From contig ADNK01000550.1 of the NCBI GenBank assembly GCA_000320545.1, forward strand, positions 124,001-188,000: 64,000 nucleotides of DNA, read 5' to 3'. The translations under genes and the position numbers were made by a program. Shown here piece after piece: positions 42,146-52,730 of the stretch. Positions within the stretch are counted from its first letter, which is position 1, and the number at the start of each line of letters is the position of its first letter. The notes beneath the pieces were generated by a model. The model did not search any database. It saw only the letters and a program-made list of their open reading frames with translations, and was not told the DNA's origin. This DNA comes from Bigelowiella natans CCMP2755. Its lineage: Eukaryota > Protista > Cercozoa.

Positions 42146-42261
42146 AAATTTCATCACCCTCATTCAATATTTTTTTGTGATGCTTGCTTGTGAGGTCCCA
42201 AAATTGAAAGAAGTTTCGATCCAAAATCCACCACCGACCAACAAAAAAACACACAACCATC

Positions 42262-42783
42262 ATGATGATGATGCAACGCTGCGCAAACCCTGGTGTTGCA
42301 ACAAGACGCCGTGGAGGTAAGGTTGCAGACGTGGCTGAAAGTGTCAGAACACTCGAAAATCTCAAAAAACAAAGAAAAAAAACCAAAAAACGAAAAATGG
42401 ATCTTCTTGAGGATGCGAAAGACGCGAATAAGAAAGCTAAAGTAGTGGAAAAAAAAGAGAAGAAACTCGAAATTGAAGTGAAAAAGCAAGAAAAAAAGGT
42501 CCAAAAAGCTAGGCGCCGACCAGTAAAGACAATGATAAAAATGAAAATTTCAAAGTCCAAAAATCCCACAATACAATATTGCATACCTGATAATGTAGGT
42601 GACGTTTTCGAGAGAAAAAACAAAAAAGGCCAAGTGATGAGTAGGATTACGTGCGTGCAGCCTATGCCAGGTAGAATGCCAAGACCGCGATGGCAACTCG
42701 AAAACGGCAGACCGTTTCGCTCAAAATATCACCCAGAACATTCAAAACGCAGCAAGTATGAATTTGTGTCATCAAAAAAATAA
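42262..42783 (+). CDS. small Lys-rich protein
   Basis: 173-aa basic ORF. Confidence 0.55.
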   Translation: MMMMQRCANPGVATRRRGGKVADVAESVRTLENLKKQRKKTKKRKMDLLEDAKDANKKAKVVEKKEKKLEIEVKKQEKKVQKARRRPVKTMIKMKISKSKNPTIQYCIPDNVGDVFERKNKKGQVMSRITCVQPMPGRMPRPRWQLENGRPFRSKYHPEHSKRSKYEFVSSKK

Positions 42784-42795
42784 AATGTTCATCCA

Positions 42796-43269
42796 TTATG
42801 TTCTCATCAAACGCATTCCAATGAATGCGACTATGCCTAGCTGCACGAGCAGCATTGTGCTGTCGAAATGTTGTGCCGAGTGGAAAAAGGCTTTGAAAAG
42901 GTTGAGGGGAAGATGAAGCATCTGCACCGTGATGCCAGCGAGCGACATCACGGTCTGCGAGAAAAAGTCAACGACCATCTCTAAGATGACGTTGAGAGGC
43001 TGCAGTAGCCTGTGCAAAATCGACGCTGCACCGTTTCCTTTGTACAAGGCCATGTCGGCTTGTTTCCAGGAGTCTGCGGTGTCGGCTGCTAGTGCATGCT
43101 GCTGACTGAATGTCTGGTTCAAGTACAGTTCCGGCGGGGGAACCCAGCCCTTGCTAGATTGATCAAAGCTGACATTTTGCATGAGGGGTACCACGGGCAG
43201 GCCCCGGTGATTGAGCAACGGGTTGTGGTAGCATCCGCTTTTTTTCCGTGGTGGTGAAATGGTGCTCAT
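42796..43269 (-). CDS. hypothetical membrane-associated protein
   Basis: Start MSTISPP; hydrophobic C-terminal helices. Confidence 0.5.
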   Translation of the reverse strand: MSTISPPRKKSGCYHNPLLNHRGLPVVPLMQNVSFDQSSKGWVPPPELYLNQTFSQQHALAADTADSWKQADMALYKGNGAASILHRLLQPLNVILEMVVDFFSQTVMSLAGITVQMLHLPLNLFKAFFHSAQHFDSTMLLVQLGIVAFIGMRLMRT

Positions 43270-43391
43270 GGTGTGACCCTGTGCAAGGGATGTACTCAAT
43301 TTGGAATTCTGTCGTCTGTGCTGCCTATTTTTTTTTCCGTGCAAAAAAAAATCGATCATGAAAAACGCACGGTTTTTGAGGAATTACGAGC

Positions 43392-46300
43392 ATGAAATTC
43401 CAAAGATCGACACGCGGGGGATTCAATGTTTGGGATCTGATCGCGAGAATTGATGCCAAAATCAAATCGGCAACAGAAAAGAAAACAGCAGAGGCCAAGC
43501 TGTCAGTGCATGTCCGATGCAGCCCCACAGAGCTGCGACTTGCGTTCTCTTCGAAATTTCATGAACACAAATCCGTGACTCAGACGGTGTCTAAGAGTGT
43601 GCACGAACACCTTGCTAACCTGCTTGCCGTCTTGCTTCACGATGAGGAACGTGCCCGTGATGGGAACCCGAGCACCCCAGTGGCCTTCAATCTAGACATC
43701 CATCCCATCGAACCGATCGAGAAGGTGTTGACAACTCTCGAAACTCCTAGGATCGCGGATGTCAAAACCGATGTCAGCTCCATACCCGGTCCGGCGCATC
43801 TCTGGATGCTCGCTGCTCGGTACATGTTTTCACACGGCAACGCCAATCGCGTGCAGTTCGCTCGCCCGGACGAATTCACAGTTTTGAAGCTGCCAGAAAC
43901 AAAAGGTTTAGGGAATGACATCACTAAATTTAGAAGCACCCAGTTTGCGTTGATGCGGAAGATTTTCATCCCCGTGACAATACGGTTCAAGCCAAACATG
44001 CCGCAGCATCACTTTCTCATCGTGAAACCCGAGATGTGCAACACGTTTCTACAGGAATTGTACACCCACGAAAACACCCCGGCAGGTCCCGTTGCGCTGA
44101 TGGGGTTCGCCAGAATGCACATGCGGATTCTTAACGTCCGGCGTAATCAAATTCTGCGTTTCATCCGCACGCGCCTGACTGCGCAGTTGCAGCGGTCGGT
44201 GTACAGAATTGCTTCGGCAACCTTGATACAAAAATCGATCAGCCTAGCGAACGACAAGGCCACAGTCGCGGACATCGCCATGCAGCAAATCGTTGAGTCC
44301 AAAGCAAGTTACAAGCGGTGGGCTTCGGTCTCGGTGCGGAAGTTCAACAACTTCTCGGTTCTCAACATCGACTTGGTCAACTTGAACCGCCATTCGCTGG
44401 CAAATCACTGGGGGTTTATCACCCCTCTAGAGGGCGGCACCGACAACAGCGAGGGCAGCGAGCGGCACATATTGGTTGCAACGGAAACGGACAGCGGTCT
44501 GTGCGCGGCGCGATGGGTCAACAGCAAGACCTCGCGAGAGGAGGTGCTTCCTGCGATGCGCTCGATCTTTGTCGAACTGGCGATCCTGCACGGTTGTGTG
44601 TACGGAAGGGACATCAAGACGATCCAGTCCGATGAGGGATCGGAGTTTGCGGACATCGTGAGGGAGCTCACGAAGATCAAATACACCCGAAGCAAGGAGA
44701 GCAAGAACGTCCAGGTCGAGACGGTCAACAAGCTCCTGTGCCTTCACATGTTCCGCAAATTCGTGCTGACGGACACTGGGCGGTCGAACGTCGAATTGCA
44801 CGAGCAGCACTGCAACATGGTGCTTCAGAACGCCGTGGACGCGATCAACAACACCAACCGCGCTGGGCTCGGGGTCATGATCGACTCGACAAAGACGCGG
44901 AACAAGAGCATGGACGCCAAAGTCCCCGACAGCAACAGAAGACAGCGACACCTTCGCCTGCTGAAGAAACTCAACAGCGGCCACGCAAACAAAACCGAGC
45001 TGGTGTCCGGTGTGCAGGGGAGTGTCGACCTTTCCCTGAGCCCGCGCGCGCTCTGTCTGCACCACATCAACGCAAAGGCCGTCGTGGAATCCGTCTTGCA
45101 CCCCGAGTTGCGGTCCTACGACGAATCGCTGTTGCAAATGGTGCGGATGTCCCGGCCGGTCCGGGCCCGGGTGAGCGTGGAACAGAGCAGTGATGCAAGG
45201 CTTTTGCTTCTCAACGACGCGATGCAGCACCCTCGCGTGTACTCCCGGCTCGAGAGGGTAATGAAGAAAGCCAACCTGCGTGACTCCATGGATCACAGGA
45301 AAAAGTTTCTGAAGAAAGTGGGCAAGATGAACAACCAGAAGCGCGGGGCACTGGAGAGACACCGCAAGGCGACCGCGTTTGACAGGCGAATCAGCACCGA
45401 GGCCAGTGAAAACCTCATCGCACGGATGCTCAAGGACTCGCTTTGGGACAAGATGCAACGACACGTCGTGCGCTGGGGTTACACCAAGGAGAGCCGGCAG
45501 CAGATGCACCTCCCGGTGTTCTCTCTGGTGCGCGTGCTGGTCGACGACACCAAGGCCTCCGGATCCATCATGGAGAACCGAAAGGCTGCACCGACAACCC
45601 CAATCGTTGAGGAAGACCTGGATTGCCTCAAAGAGGAGCGCAAGGGAGCGGGGCGAGGCAGGGGAAACGCACGCGGGGGAAGAAGGGGGCGTGGCAGGCA
45701 GCAGCAGCAGCAAAACAAACAGATGGAGGGCGTCTACGCCGAGTCGCACTGGTCGCTGAGCGAGAAAAACTCCGATGTCCTACAGACGGACACCCGGAAA
45801 GGCGCCGTGAACAACATCCTGGCACACAACCGAAAACGCTTCTACAAAGGGTACCGCGCGCATTGGTCCTACGACGTTTATGTCGTTCTGTGCGTGCTCC
45901 CGACCCTGCAGTCGCACACGAACACGTCGAAGGAGGATGCCTCGAAAATCGTTCGTTTGAGGTGTAGGTACATGGTGTGCCCGCTCTGGGTGCTTGGGCG
46001 ACGCTCAAAAACATTCAGGGACGCGGTCAGACGGAACCCGACCAGGCTCGACCTGGTGATGCGAGATCTGCGCAGGAACGCCAAACGGTTTTTGACCGAG
46101 GAAGGGAACTGGGCGGACGCTATCGGGGTAGCCAAGGATTTGTGGACTCGCAACCAAAGCCAGTATTACCTGATGCGGAACACCGAGAAGACCAGAGAGG
46201 TCGATGCCAAGACGGACCGGCAGCAGTACAAATCGCCATACCCGTGGAAGATCCGACCGGAATTGCAGCGCATCAACTGGAACACTAACCAGGCTTCGTT

Positions 46301-47342
46301 GATGTACCCATTCCTCATGCTCAGCAACAACGAGACCACGCGTCGGATGCACATGTGTGCCCCCATCTACGTGCACCCCTGGCAGTACGAGGAATCCAGT
46401 CTCACACAGGACAAAGCGAAAGATCTCACGTGCCCCAGAGTGTGGCGGAGAACGCTCTTGCCTGTTTATGGCATTCGACAACGCAACTGGGACGATCCTA
46501 TCCGCAGCAGCAGCATCATCAACGTCAACGACAAAAGTTACCGAGACGCGGCCAAACTCACCTCAGAGCCCCTGGCTTCGGTCGGGGTGGTCTCCGCGAC
46601 ACCGCTCGACCGGAAGGACAACCAGACGGTCAGGTACAACAGCGAACGAATGACCAAGACGGACGTACAGACCGGTCTCTGCAGGCTCTGCGAGAAGAAG
46701 AACGGGATATTCTCGAGCATCTACACCTCCATGAGTGAAATGGAAAACTTAGATAACAAAATTTTGAGCCCAGTTACGAGGAGGGTGAAGGCACAGAGCT
46801 ATGTGATGTGCATGCTCTTTGTGTTTGCCGTGCGCTGTGGGTACGATTTGAAGAGTGCGCGAAACAAATGCAAACACACCAATGCTTTCAAACCTGAAAA
46901 TCTCACCGCAACCGAGAAACTCATGTACGACACCATTTTCCTCAAAACCGTGCCGAAATTAGACGGGCTTGTTTTCGAAAATAATAACGAAGCATACGAC
47001 GCTCTGAACGAACAAGTCGAAAAGCTTACAAAGAAGAAGTTCGGAAGCACCAAGAACAAATCTCTTTTCGTGCGGCTCTGGATGCGGTGGTGCATGCGAA
47101 GCATGCTTTTGTTCATGGAGACCCCGAGAGGCACACAACCGTACCTGGACGCAATGCTAAAGGTGAAGAAAGCTGTTGACAACAAGTTTAGCAGAGAGAT
47201 TTTCGACACCCTCCCGTCCAAGAATGAGTATTACATCACCAGCCAAGCCACAAGTGACGAGAAAGATGCGAGGGCAAAGCAGGTGCTGTATCGACTTTTC
47301 ACCCGAATGAACGAGATCGGAAAAAATTTTCCTTCCCGCTGA
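43392..47342 (+). CDS. large protein containing a Polinton/Maverick-type retroviral-like (RVE, DDE) integrase
   Basis: Ordered motifs: LQELYTHENTPAG...RRNQILRFIR...QLQR; VLNIDLVNL (D1); HILVATETDSGLCAARWVNSKTSREEV..AMRSIF; IKTIQSDEGSEF (D2); VETVNKLL (E); VLQNAVDAINNT; FSLVRVL...FYKGYRAHWSYDVYVV (SH3-like tail). Confidence 0.82.
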   Translation: MKFQRSTRGGFNVWDLIARIDAKIKSATEKKTAEAKLSVHVRCSPTELRLAFSSKFHEHKSVTQTVSKSVHEHLANLLAVLLHDEERARDGNPSTPVAFNLDIHPIEPIEKVLTTLETPRIADVKTDVSSIPGPAHLWMLAARYMFSHGNANRVQFARPDEFTVLKLPETKGLGNDITKFRSTQFALMRKIFIPVTIRFKPNMPQHHFLIVKPEMCNTFLQELYTHENTPAGPVALMGFARMHMRILNVRRNQILRFIRTRLTAQLQRSVYRIASATLIQKSISLANDKATVADIAMQQIVESKASYKRWASVSVRKFNNFSVLNIDLVNLNRHSLANHWGFITPLEGGTDNSEGSERHILVATETDSGLCAARWVNSKTSREEVLPAMRSIFVELAILHGCVYGRDIKTIQSDEGSEFADIVRELTKIKYTRSKESKNVQVETVNKLLCLHMFRKFVLTDTGRSNVELHEQHCNMVLQNAVDAINNTNRAGLGVMIDSTKTRNKSMDAKVPDSNRRQRHLRLLKKLNSGHANKTELVSGVQGSVDLSLSPRALCLHHINAKAVVESVLHPELRSYDESLLQMVRMSRPVRARVSVEQSSDARLLLLNDAMQHPRVYSRLERVMKKANLRDSMDHRKKFLKKVGKMNNQKRGALERHRKATAFDRRISTEASENLIARMLKDSLWDKMQRHVVRWGYTKESRQQMHLPVFSLVRVLVDDTKASGSIMENRKAAPTTPIVEEDLDCLKEERKGAGRGRGNARGGRRGRGRQQQQQNKQMEGVYAESHWSLSEKNSDVLQTDTRKGAVNNILAHNRKRFYKGYRAHWSYDVYVVLCVLPTLQSHTNTSKEDASKIVRLRCRYMVCPLWVLGRRSKTFRDAVRRNPTRLDLVMRDLRRNAKRFLTEEGNWADAIGVAKDLWTRNQSQYYLMRNTEKTREVDAKTDRQQYKSPYPWKIRPELQRINWNTNQASLMYPFLMLSNNETTRRMHMCAPIYVHPWQYEESSLTQDKAKDLTCPRVWRRTLLPVYGIRQRNWDDPIRSSSIINVNDKSYRDAAKLTSEPLASVGVVSATPLDRKDNQTVRYNSERMTKTDVQTGLCRLCEKKNGIFSSIYTSMSEMENLDNKILSPVTRRVKAQSYVMCMLFVFAVRCGYDLKSARNKCKHTNAFKPENLTATEKLMYDTIFLKTVPKLDGLVFENNNEAYDALNEQVEKLTKKKFGSTKNKSLFVRLWMRWCMRSMLLFMETPRGTQPYLDAMLKVKKAVDNKFSREIFDTLPSKNEYYITSQATSDEKDARAKQVLYRLFTRMNEIGKNFPSR

Positions 47343-47376
47343 TGAAGTGGTCTCAGTGCGCACGACGCATCAATCG

Positions 47377-47625
47377 ATGACCAAAAAAACACACAACGGG
47401 TGCCTCATACGCAACCCATACCACCCAAATCACAAGAAGGCCAAGCCGCGCATCAGAGTGAGCATGTGCGTGCCGCACGCCGGGAAAAAAGGCGCGAAGC
47501 GGACATCATACTGCGCACGCACTGCGCACATCAAAGGCAAATGGAAGCGTGATCCAAACAGTCGGAACTTGGTGCAACGAAGACGATGGAAGTGTAATTA
47601 CGTGAGTGGTGAACTCAGGATTTAA
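47377..47625 (+). CDS. small basic protein resembling a phage/virus family (DUF6321-like)
   Basis: KRTSYCART..IKG.WKRDPNSRN...RRRWKC resembles the recalled RRKSFCAR...DPNSR....LR.W.C motif. Confidence 0.5.
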   Translation: MTKKTHNGCLIRNPYHPNHKKAKPRIRVSMCVPHAGKKGAKRTSYCARTAHIKGKWKRDPNSRNLVQRRRWKCNYVSGELRI

Positions 47626-47675
47626 AAACAAAAAATGAATTGAAAATGAAAATGTGAACATGCCATTTGTTTCGA

Positions 47676-48881
47676 TCATTTGAAATATTTCTTGTATTCC
47701 TCTTCATCATCAGAAATCCAAGGTTTCCAAAAGATGGTGATTTCCAGCTTTCTGTTCGTGTACTTCTCGCTTGTTACGTTCTTGTAGATGTCGCGACCCT
47801 GAGAGTCGAACAGCTGGAAGTGTATCCACAACTCCCCGTAGCCCTCCTCTGCATACATCTTGATGTTCTGATTGTAATGGGGTACGAACAACACGCTGTC
47901 AGGCTTTTGCAGTTTCGCTTTCATCCCTGGATGCCAATTTTGCGAAGATTGATAGTTTTGTTGAGAGTACCATTTGAAAACACGCCCGAAATCATTGAAG
48001 TTGTTCATTGTCTCTTTGTGTCGAAAATGACAACAACTTTCGTAATAGCACCACTGGAATTTTGTTACTGGTTCGTGCTTGTCGCCGTAAATGGACGTGA
48101 TGTACCCGTTCTGGTAAAATGTGTGGTCGTAAACTCTGAGTAACAATTTCTGTTCCGGTCGCATTTTCACTGTGTGTTCGTACTGTCCGAGTTTCCTCAA
48201 CTCTTTGAGGAATTCAAAAGAAGGCAGGTCACAAACGAGTCCACTACTCCGAGAATTTTTTAATTGTTCATACGCTTGGGGCAATGTCTTCGTAAACACT
48301 TTCATGTCCAATTCGATCATTTCATTTTGAGTAATCCAATGCGGTCGCACATCCATTGTCATTTTGTTGTTCAACATGTTCAATGTCATTGACCGAAAAT
48401 CAATTTTTGTGCCGTTGTTGAGCATTTTCCTCATGTGTTGACTTCTGTTTGACTGTTTCCCTCTCAAACCAGTGGTGCCAAAGCGTTGACAAATCAAAGA
48501 ATAGCTCACCGCTTGCATGATGTCACCGGAAATCTGGACTCCGTTCAGGTTGTCGTGGGACAAAATGCATTTCAGAGCTCTGGAAAAACTGCATGGGTTC
48601 TCACTGCACTCCTTTCCAGAGACATCGGAGTTCTTCAACACGAAAATTTCCAGATTCGGGAATCTGTCGTTGAACCAATTTGTTGTTTGGTCCTCCAATA
48701 CGGCTTCATCAAGGACAGATGAATTCCATGCCTCCAGATGAATCTCGGTTATGTCATGCATTTTTCCTTCAGTTTTGTGTTTCAAATCATTCTTTGACAC
48801 AGGACCACCCAGCAACAAAGTGTCGTAGTCGAGGTGATTGCAGGCACGCTTCACAGAAGGCGAGTAATCGATTTTGAGCAT
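47676..48881 (-). CDS. hypothetical protein (possible LRR-like N-terminus)
   Basis: 401-aa ATG ORF; FPNLEIFVLKNSDVS segment. Confidence 0.65.
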   Translation of the reverse strand: MLKIDYSPSVKRACNHLDYDTLLLGGPVSKNDLKHKTEGKMHDITEIHLEAWNSSVLDEAVLEDQTTNWFNDRFPNLEIFVLKNSDVSGKECSENPCSFSRALKCILSHDNLNGVQISGDIMQAVSYSLICQRFGTTGLRGKQSNRSQHMRKMLNNGTKIDFRSMTLNMLNNKMTMDVRPHWITQNEMIELDMKVFTKTLPQAYEQLKNSRSSGLVCDLPSFEFLKELRKLGQYEHTVKMRPEQKLLLRVYDHTFYQNGYITSIYGDKHEPVTKFQWCYYESCCHFRHKETMNNFNDFGRVFKWYSQQNYQSSQNWHPGMKAKLQKPDSVLFVPHYNQNIKMYAEEGYGELWIHFQLFDSQGRDIYKNVTSEKYTNRKLEITIFWKPWISDDEEEYKKYFK

Positions 48882-49944
48882 GATGGCGCCAGATCGGGTC
48901 AGGGGGTTGTTGCCAGTGTTTGTTTGAATTGTGTTTCAACCACAAGATTCAACCAAGTGCTTGATTTTGTTCATTTTTTTTGTCGACTCTTCTTTGCAAT
49001 TCTGAACAATTGAGCCTGCATTTTTGTCACGTTTTGCGTGGTTTGGCCCTAAAAATGACACGAAATGGCGTGTTGATCAGCAGAAAAATGCTGTGTTCAT
49101 TTTGCCATGGAAACCCAGCCACTTTTCCATGCTGCGACATAGATGTAACGATGATTCACTGACAACAAACAAAGAGACACTGTGCAAGATGAAACGTCGA
49201 AAAATGCGTTCGGGAATGCCCTTTTTTTGATTTTGCCTAAAATTTCACCAAACACAAGATTTTTTGGACATTTTTTGAAATTTAGCCGAGAAAGAATTTG
49301 CTATTTGTCGCACCCTTGACACGGCATTGAATTCTGACTTCGGAGTTAAGAACTCAGTCTGACTGGGCAGATGACCTCCTGGATGGTTTCCGTGGTGTTT
49401 TGCCTAAAACGATCCACGGAATTTCTGGACATCTGGAGACCCCGTCGAGACGAAAAATTATTTTTTTGGCAAAAGAGCAAAATTCAAGATGAGGAAGGGG
49501 GGGGTACCTCTTTTGTTTTTTGACTGGGCAAATGTCACGATTTTCCATCTCGACACGACAAATTTCATCATGGATGACCTGTCTCCATCACCACGGGATC
49601 CAAAAATTGTCTTCAACCATTTTGTAGCACATCCATTGATGCATTGGCAGGAATTCAACAAAATTTGCAAAAAAGTGAGAGAGAGATACGAATCTCTGCC
49701 AAAGTTCAAAAAAACACGAAAGATAGTTTGCTTGTCCCCATCACCACAAAAAGCTAGAATTGTGGACGAATGCCAAGTTAAACTTTCATCAATGCGTTAA
49801 AAGATCAATGCAAGCATGTAAATTCCTTCATGTTGATGCCGCGATGCGCGCGCGAAGCCCCGCTTGCATGCACTCAATTGGCTTTGCAAAGCTGCTTTGC
49901 TGTGTTGCTCTTTCGACATTTGTGTGCATGCACTACATGAACAA

Positions 49945-51510
49945 TCAACAATTTTCACACCCATGTTCACAATTCACAAAAAAAGGCATCAAGGGCTTTT
50001 TGATTTCGCTACGTTTGCGTAGAGAATATTTAGACTTTTTTTGGCGCTTCTTTCTGTCATTCTTCTTCCGAGGCACATTGTTCTCGTTGCTGTATAGCGA
50101 TGGGGGATTTGCATGTTTCCTCTTCCTCAGCCTCTTTTTTTTTTTTGATTTCATGGGTGCTGAAGTCATCCAGATCCGTAATTCATTGACGAAATCGCGA
50201 ACAAACTCGTCCAACACGATCTTGGTTTCTCCAAGCTTGTTGTATTGCCTCACAAACTGTTGAAGATAGTCGATGAGGTAATGAACTTCCATGAAATAGA
50301 CCAATTTATTAGCTTGTTTGCTTTCTTGTTCTGCACACCTTTGCGAAAAAAAGATCAACTTTTCTGGCAGAATTTTCGATGTTTGCAAGAATCTTGCAAT
50401 GTTCGACCACGAATGGTGCATCGATGCATGTCGACTTAACCGATTTGGAACGCGAATGTACAACACGCCCTCGAAACGACACATTTTGACTAAGAGTGGG
50501 TGTTTTGTCTTTTTGAAAAAGGTCACACTGTCAAGAGTCGCTTTTCCTGGCAGCGGGAATATGGGAGCGTGGAGTTCGTCGATGTCATGGTGATGGTCCG
50601 TAAGGGACATGTATCGCTGGATCAAATTGTAGATTTCAATGTTTTCCTCCGTGCTCGCCAAGCTTGAAACTGAGCTCTCATCATCGCTTTCTTCGGTGAC
50701 ACCCAACTCGTTCAGCCTTTGTGCCTGTCCCAGACAGTTGTAAAGCAAGGTTTGACACAATTCAATGGAGCCGTTCATCCTCAGCTTGCTTTCCTTGGTG
50801 ATCTTCAGAAACCTCTGCAACATGGCAGTGTCCTGGTTTCTCCAAAACTTAGCGACCTGATCCTCAACGCCTTCAGCAAGTGCCTTCAAATCGCCCAGTT
50901 GAACATGACATAATTTCAAATCCTTCAGATATTCAGCAGTGGTGTATGCAGGATTTCTGTGGTGGCGCTGCATGAGTTCGTCCAAAGTGTTCATAACTTC
51001 TTTGAAAGTGAACTCCATGTGGGACAATTTCCCGAGATGTTTGAAATGCAAACTGAGACTAAATGACGGCAAGGTTGTTGCCACCTTTTCATCTTCATCC
51101 GTGAGATCTCCCGTCCCCTCCTCCGGCAAGGAGAAGAGAGCTGTAGGTTTAGCGGTGTTGGTTTTCCTTGTCCTGGATTGGTACCGATCACTTCGTGGGG
51201 CGGAAGGAACAGGGGCGGAAACCCTCCTTGGAGGTGTGTAGTACAAATGATTGCTCGTGCTTCCCCATGACTTGGGCTGCGTGAGTTTGAGGTCTGGTGA
51301 CTCTTGCATTGTTCGGACGAGACGACAAGGAAGGGGGATAGGAAGGTCAATGCCACTGCGAAAGATGGGAAGTGACACAAAGTGCGAGAAGAGTATGGAA
51401 TTTTCTTTTGCTTTGTTGGACCAGATGATGGGAACATTGACACCAAACCAGTTGTCGCACTTGTGATTTCCGGGTGACTTTTCACATTTTGCATCACAAA
51501 CCAAAAACAA
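49945..51510 (-). CDS. hypothetical protein with basic NLS-like C-terminus
   Basis: Likely start MQESPDL at about 51309; KSKKKKRLRKRK tail. Confidence 0.7.
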   Translation of the reverse strand: MFLVCDAKCEKSPGNHKCDNWFGVNVPIIWSNKAKENSILFSHFVSLPIFRSGIDLPIPLPCRLVRTMQESPDLKLTQPKSWGSTSNHLYYTPPRRVSAPVPSAPRSDRYQSRTRKTNTAKPTALFSLPEEGTGDLTDEDEKVATTLPSFSLSLHFKHLGKLSHMEFTFKEVMNTLDELMQRHHRNPAYTTAEYLKDLKLCHVQLGDLKALAEGVEDQVAKFWRNQDTAMLQRFLKITKESKLRMNGSIELCQTLLYNCLGQAQRLNELGVTEESDDESSVSSLASTEENIEIYNLIQRYMSLTDHHHDIDELHAPIFPLPGKATLDSVTFFKKTKHPLLVKMCRFEGVLYIRVPNRLSRHASMHHSWSNIARFLQTSKILPEKLIFFSQRCAEQESKQANKLVYFMEVHYLIDYLQQFVRQYNKLGETKIVLDEFVRDFVNELRIWMTSAPMKSKKKKRLRKRKHANPPSLYSNENNVPRKKNDRKKRQKKSKYSLRKRSEIKKPLMPFFVNCEHGCENC

Positions 51511-51807
51511 TGGCGGGAAACTCTACCATTTCTCTGGAATCGAGCGGGAGGGTTCGAGAACAATGCGAGTTCGCGTGGAATGGCAGGGGAATTTTTGCGG
51601 GTTTGGGTGTTCGGGTGTGCAAAAAGACCACAATTGCTTCCTGGCCCACGTGCTTTGCTGCTCCGTGGCATTTTGCGTGCCCATCACTCGTAAATTTCTC
51701 GTGACAAGGTACCCTCTTTTTGTTTTTATTTTTAAAAATATCTTTTCGGTAGCAAGAATTTGGTGAAAATTGCCTAAATGTCAAAAAACAAAGAGAGTCC
51801 CGCCAAA
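51511..51807. promoter_or_regulatory. divergent promoter region with two E2F-like sites
   Basis: TGGCGGGAAA at 51511-51520 (TTTCCCGCCA on the minus strand) and TCCCGCCAAA at 51798-51807. Confidence 0.35.
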
Positions 51808-52730
51808 CACCCAAACGAACAAAATCACCCAAAACACACCATGAACTTTTCTCATGCAAAGGAGCACTTTGCTTTCACTTTCCACCTGTCCGCGCTCCTA
51901 CCTTTCGGCCCCAGTGTTGCAATCTGAGCACATGCCCTCCCCCATCAAGAAGCGCCGAATCGATGCTGTCCGTGAAAAGGATCGAGACGACGATACCAAG
52001 GACTCTGTGGATGATCTTAATCGGACCATTTCGGACCTCAACAGAACAATCATGGACAAAGTCTTTGATTTGGAGGACAAAAACAAGAAAATAAAGTCAA
52101 TGCAGATCATCATCGACAATCTAAAAGACTACGTGAGGCTGTTGGAGAACGTGAAGAAGCCAGGGGAAGCTGTCAAGAGCACCAGCCCGTGCAATTCGAA
52201 CAGTGAAGAGTCCGATTGCAGTGGTGAGATAGACCCTGATGATTTCGAGCAAAATGACATTTCGCACGTGGACTTTGAGGACGATGACTCTGAGGAAGAA
52301 AGCAAAGGCAACAACAGCGTCTCTGAGAGTTTGGCGAACATTGTCCAAAACTACAACTATGCAATGGACCCTGAAGATATCCGTGGTTTCGAGCACCTGA
52401 AACATTACCGGCCATTGGATGTGTTGCAAGATTTCCTGGACTTTGATTCCAAAATCGAGAAGTTGATGGAAACGAACGATTTAGAGAAGAAGGAAAAAAT
52501 GGAGAAACTTGAGAGCATCCTCAAATTTAATGAGCAGATTTTGACAGTGATTCATGATGACCTTTTGGGTTTTGGGTTTAACCACAATTGTGTTCATTGG
52601 AGTGAGGTGTATCTGCGCCTCACAGGGTCAGTCAGTCCATGCTTGGAAGACGTCTCTGATTCTTTCAATGTGCTCTTGCTCAAAGTGAACATCATCACAT
52701 TCAAATGCAAGAAACTGGCTGGTCTCCTCA

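Noticed and set aside
17810-42210. Mimivirus AAAATTGA early promoter motif (about 17817, 30541, 42200)
   Set aside because: Too few occurrences, one of them inside a CDS, in A-rich sequence; not distinguishable from chance.
44427-45749. 440-aa antisense ORF (also 11274-12098, 12720-13406, 17717-18490, 34191-34814)
   Set aside because: Shadow ORFs produced by GC3-rich codon bias in the real overlapping genes.
43392-47342. A complete Polinton or virophage inserted here
   Set aside because: No pPolB, packaging ATPase, protease or Polinton capsid nearby, and no terminal inverted repeats seen.
48900-49940. About 1 kb with only short ORFs: possible RNA gene, origin or virus-host junction
   Set aside because: No recognisable RNA structure, repeat or TIR/TSD, and a viral-type helicase lies further right.
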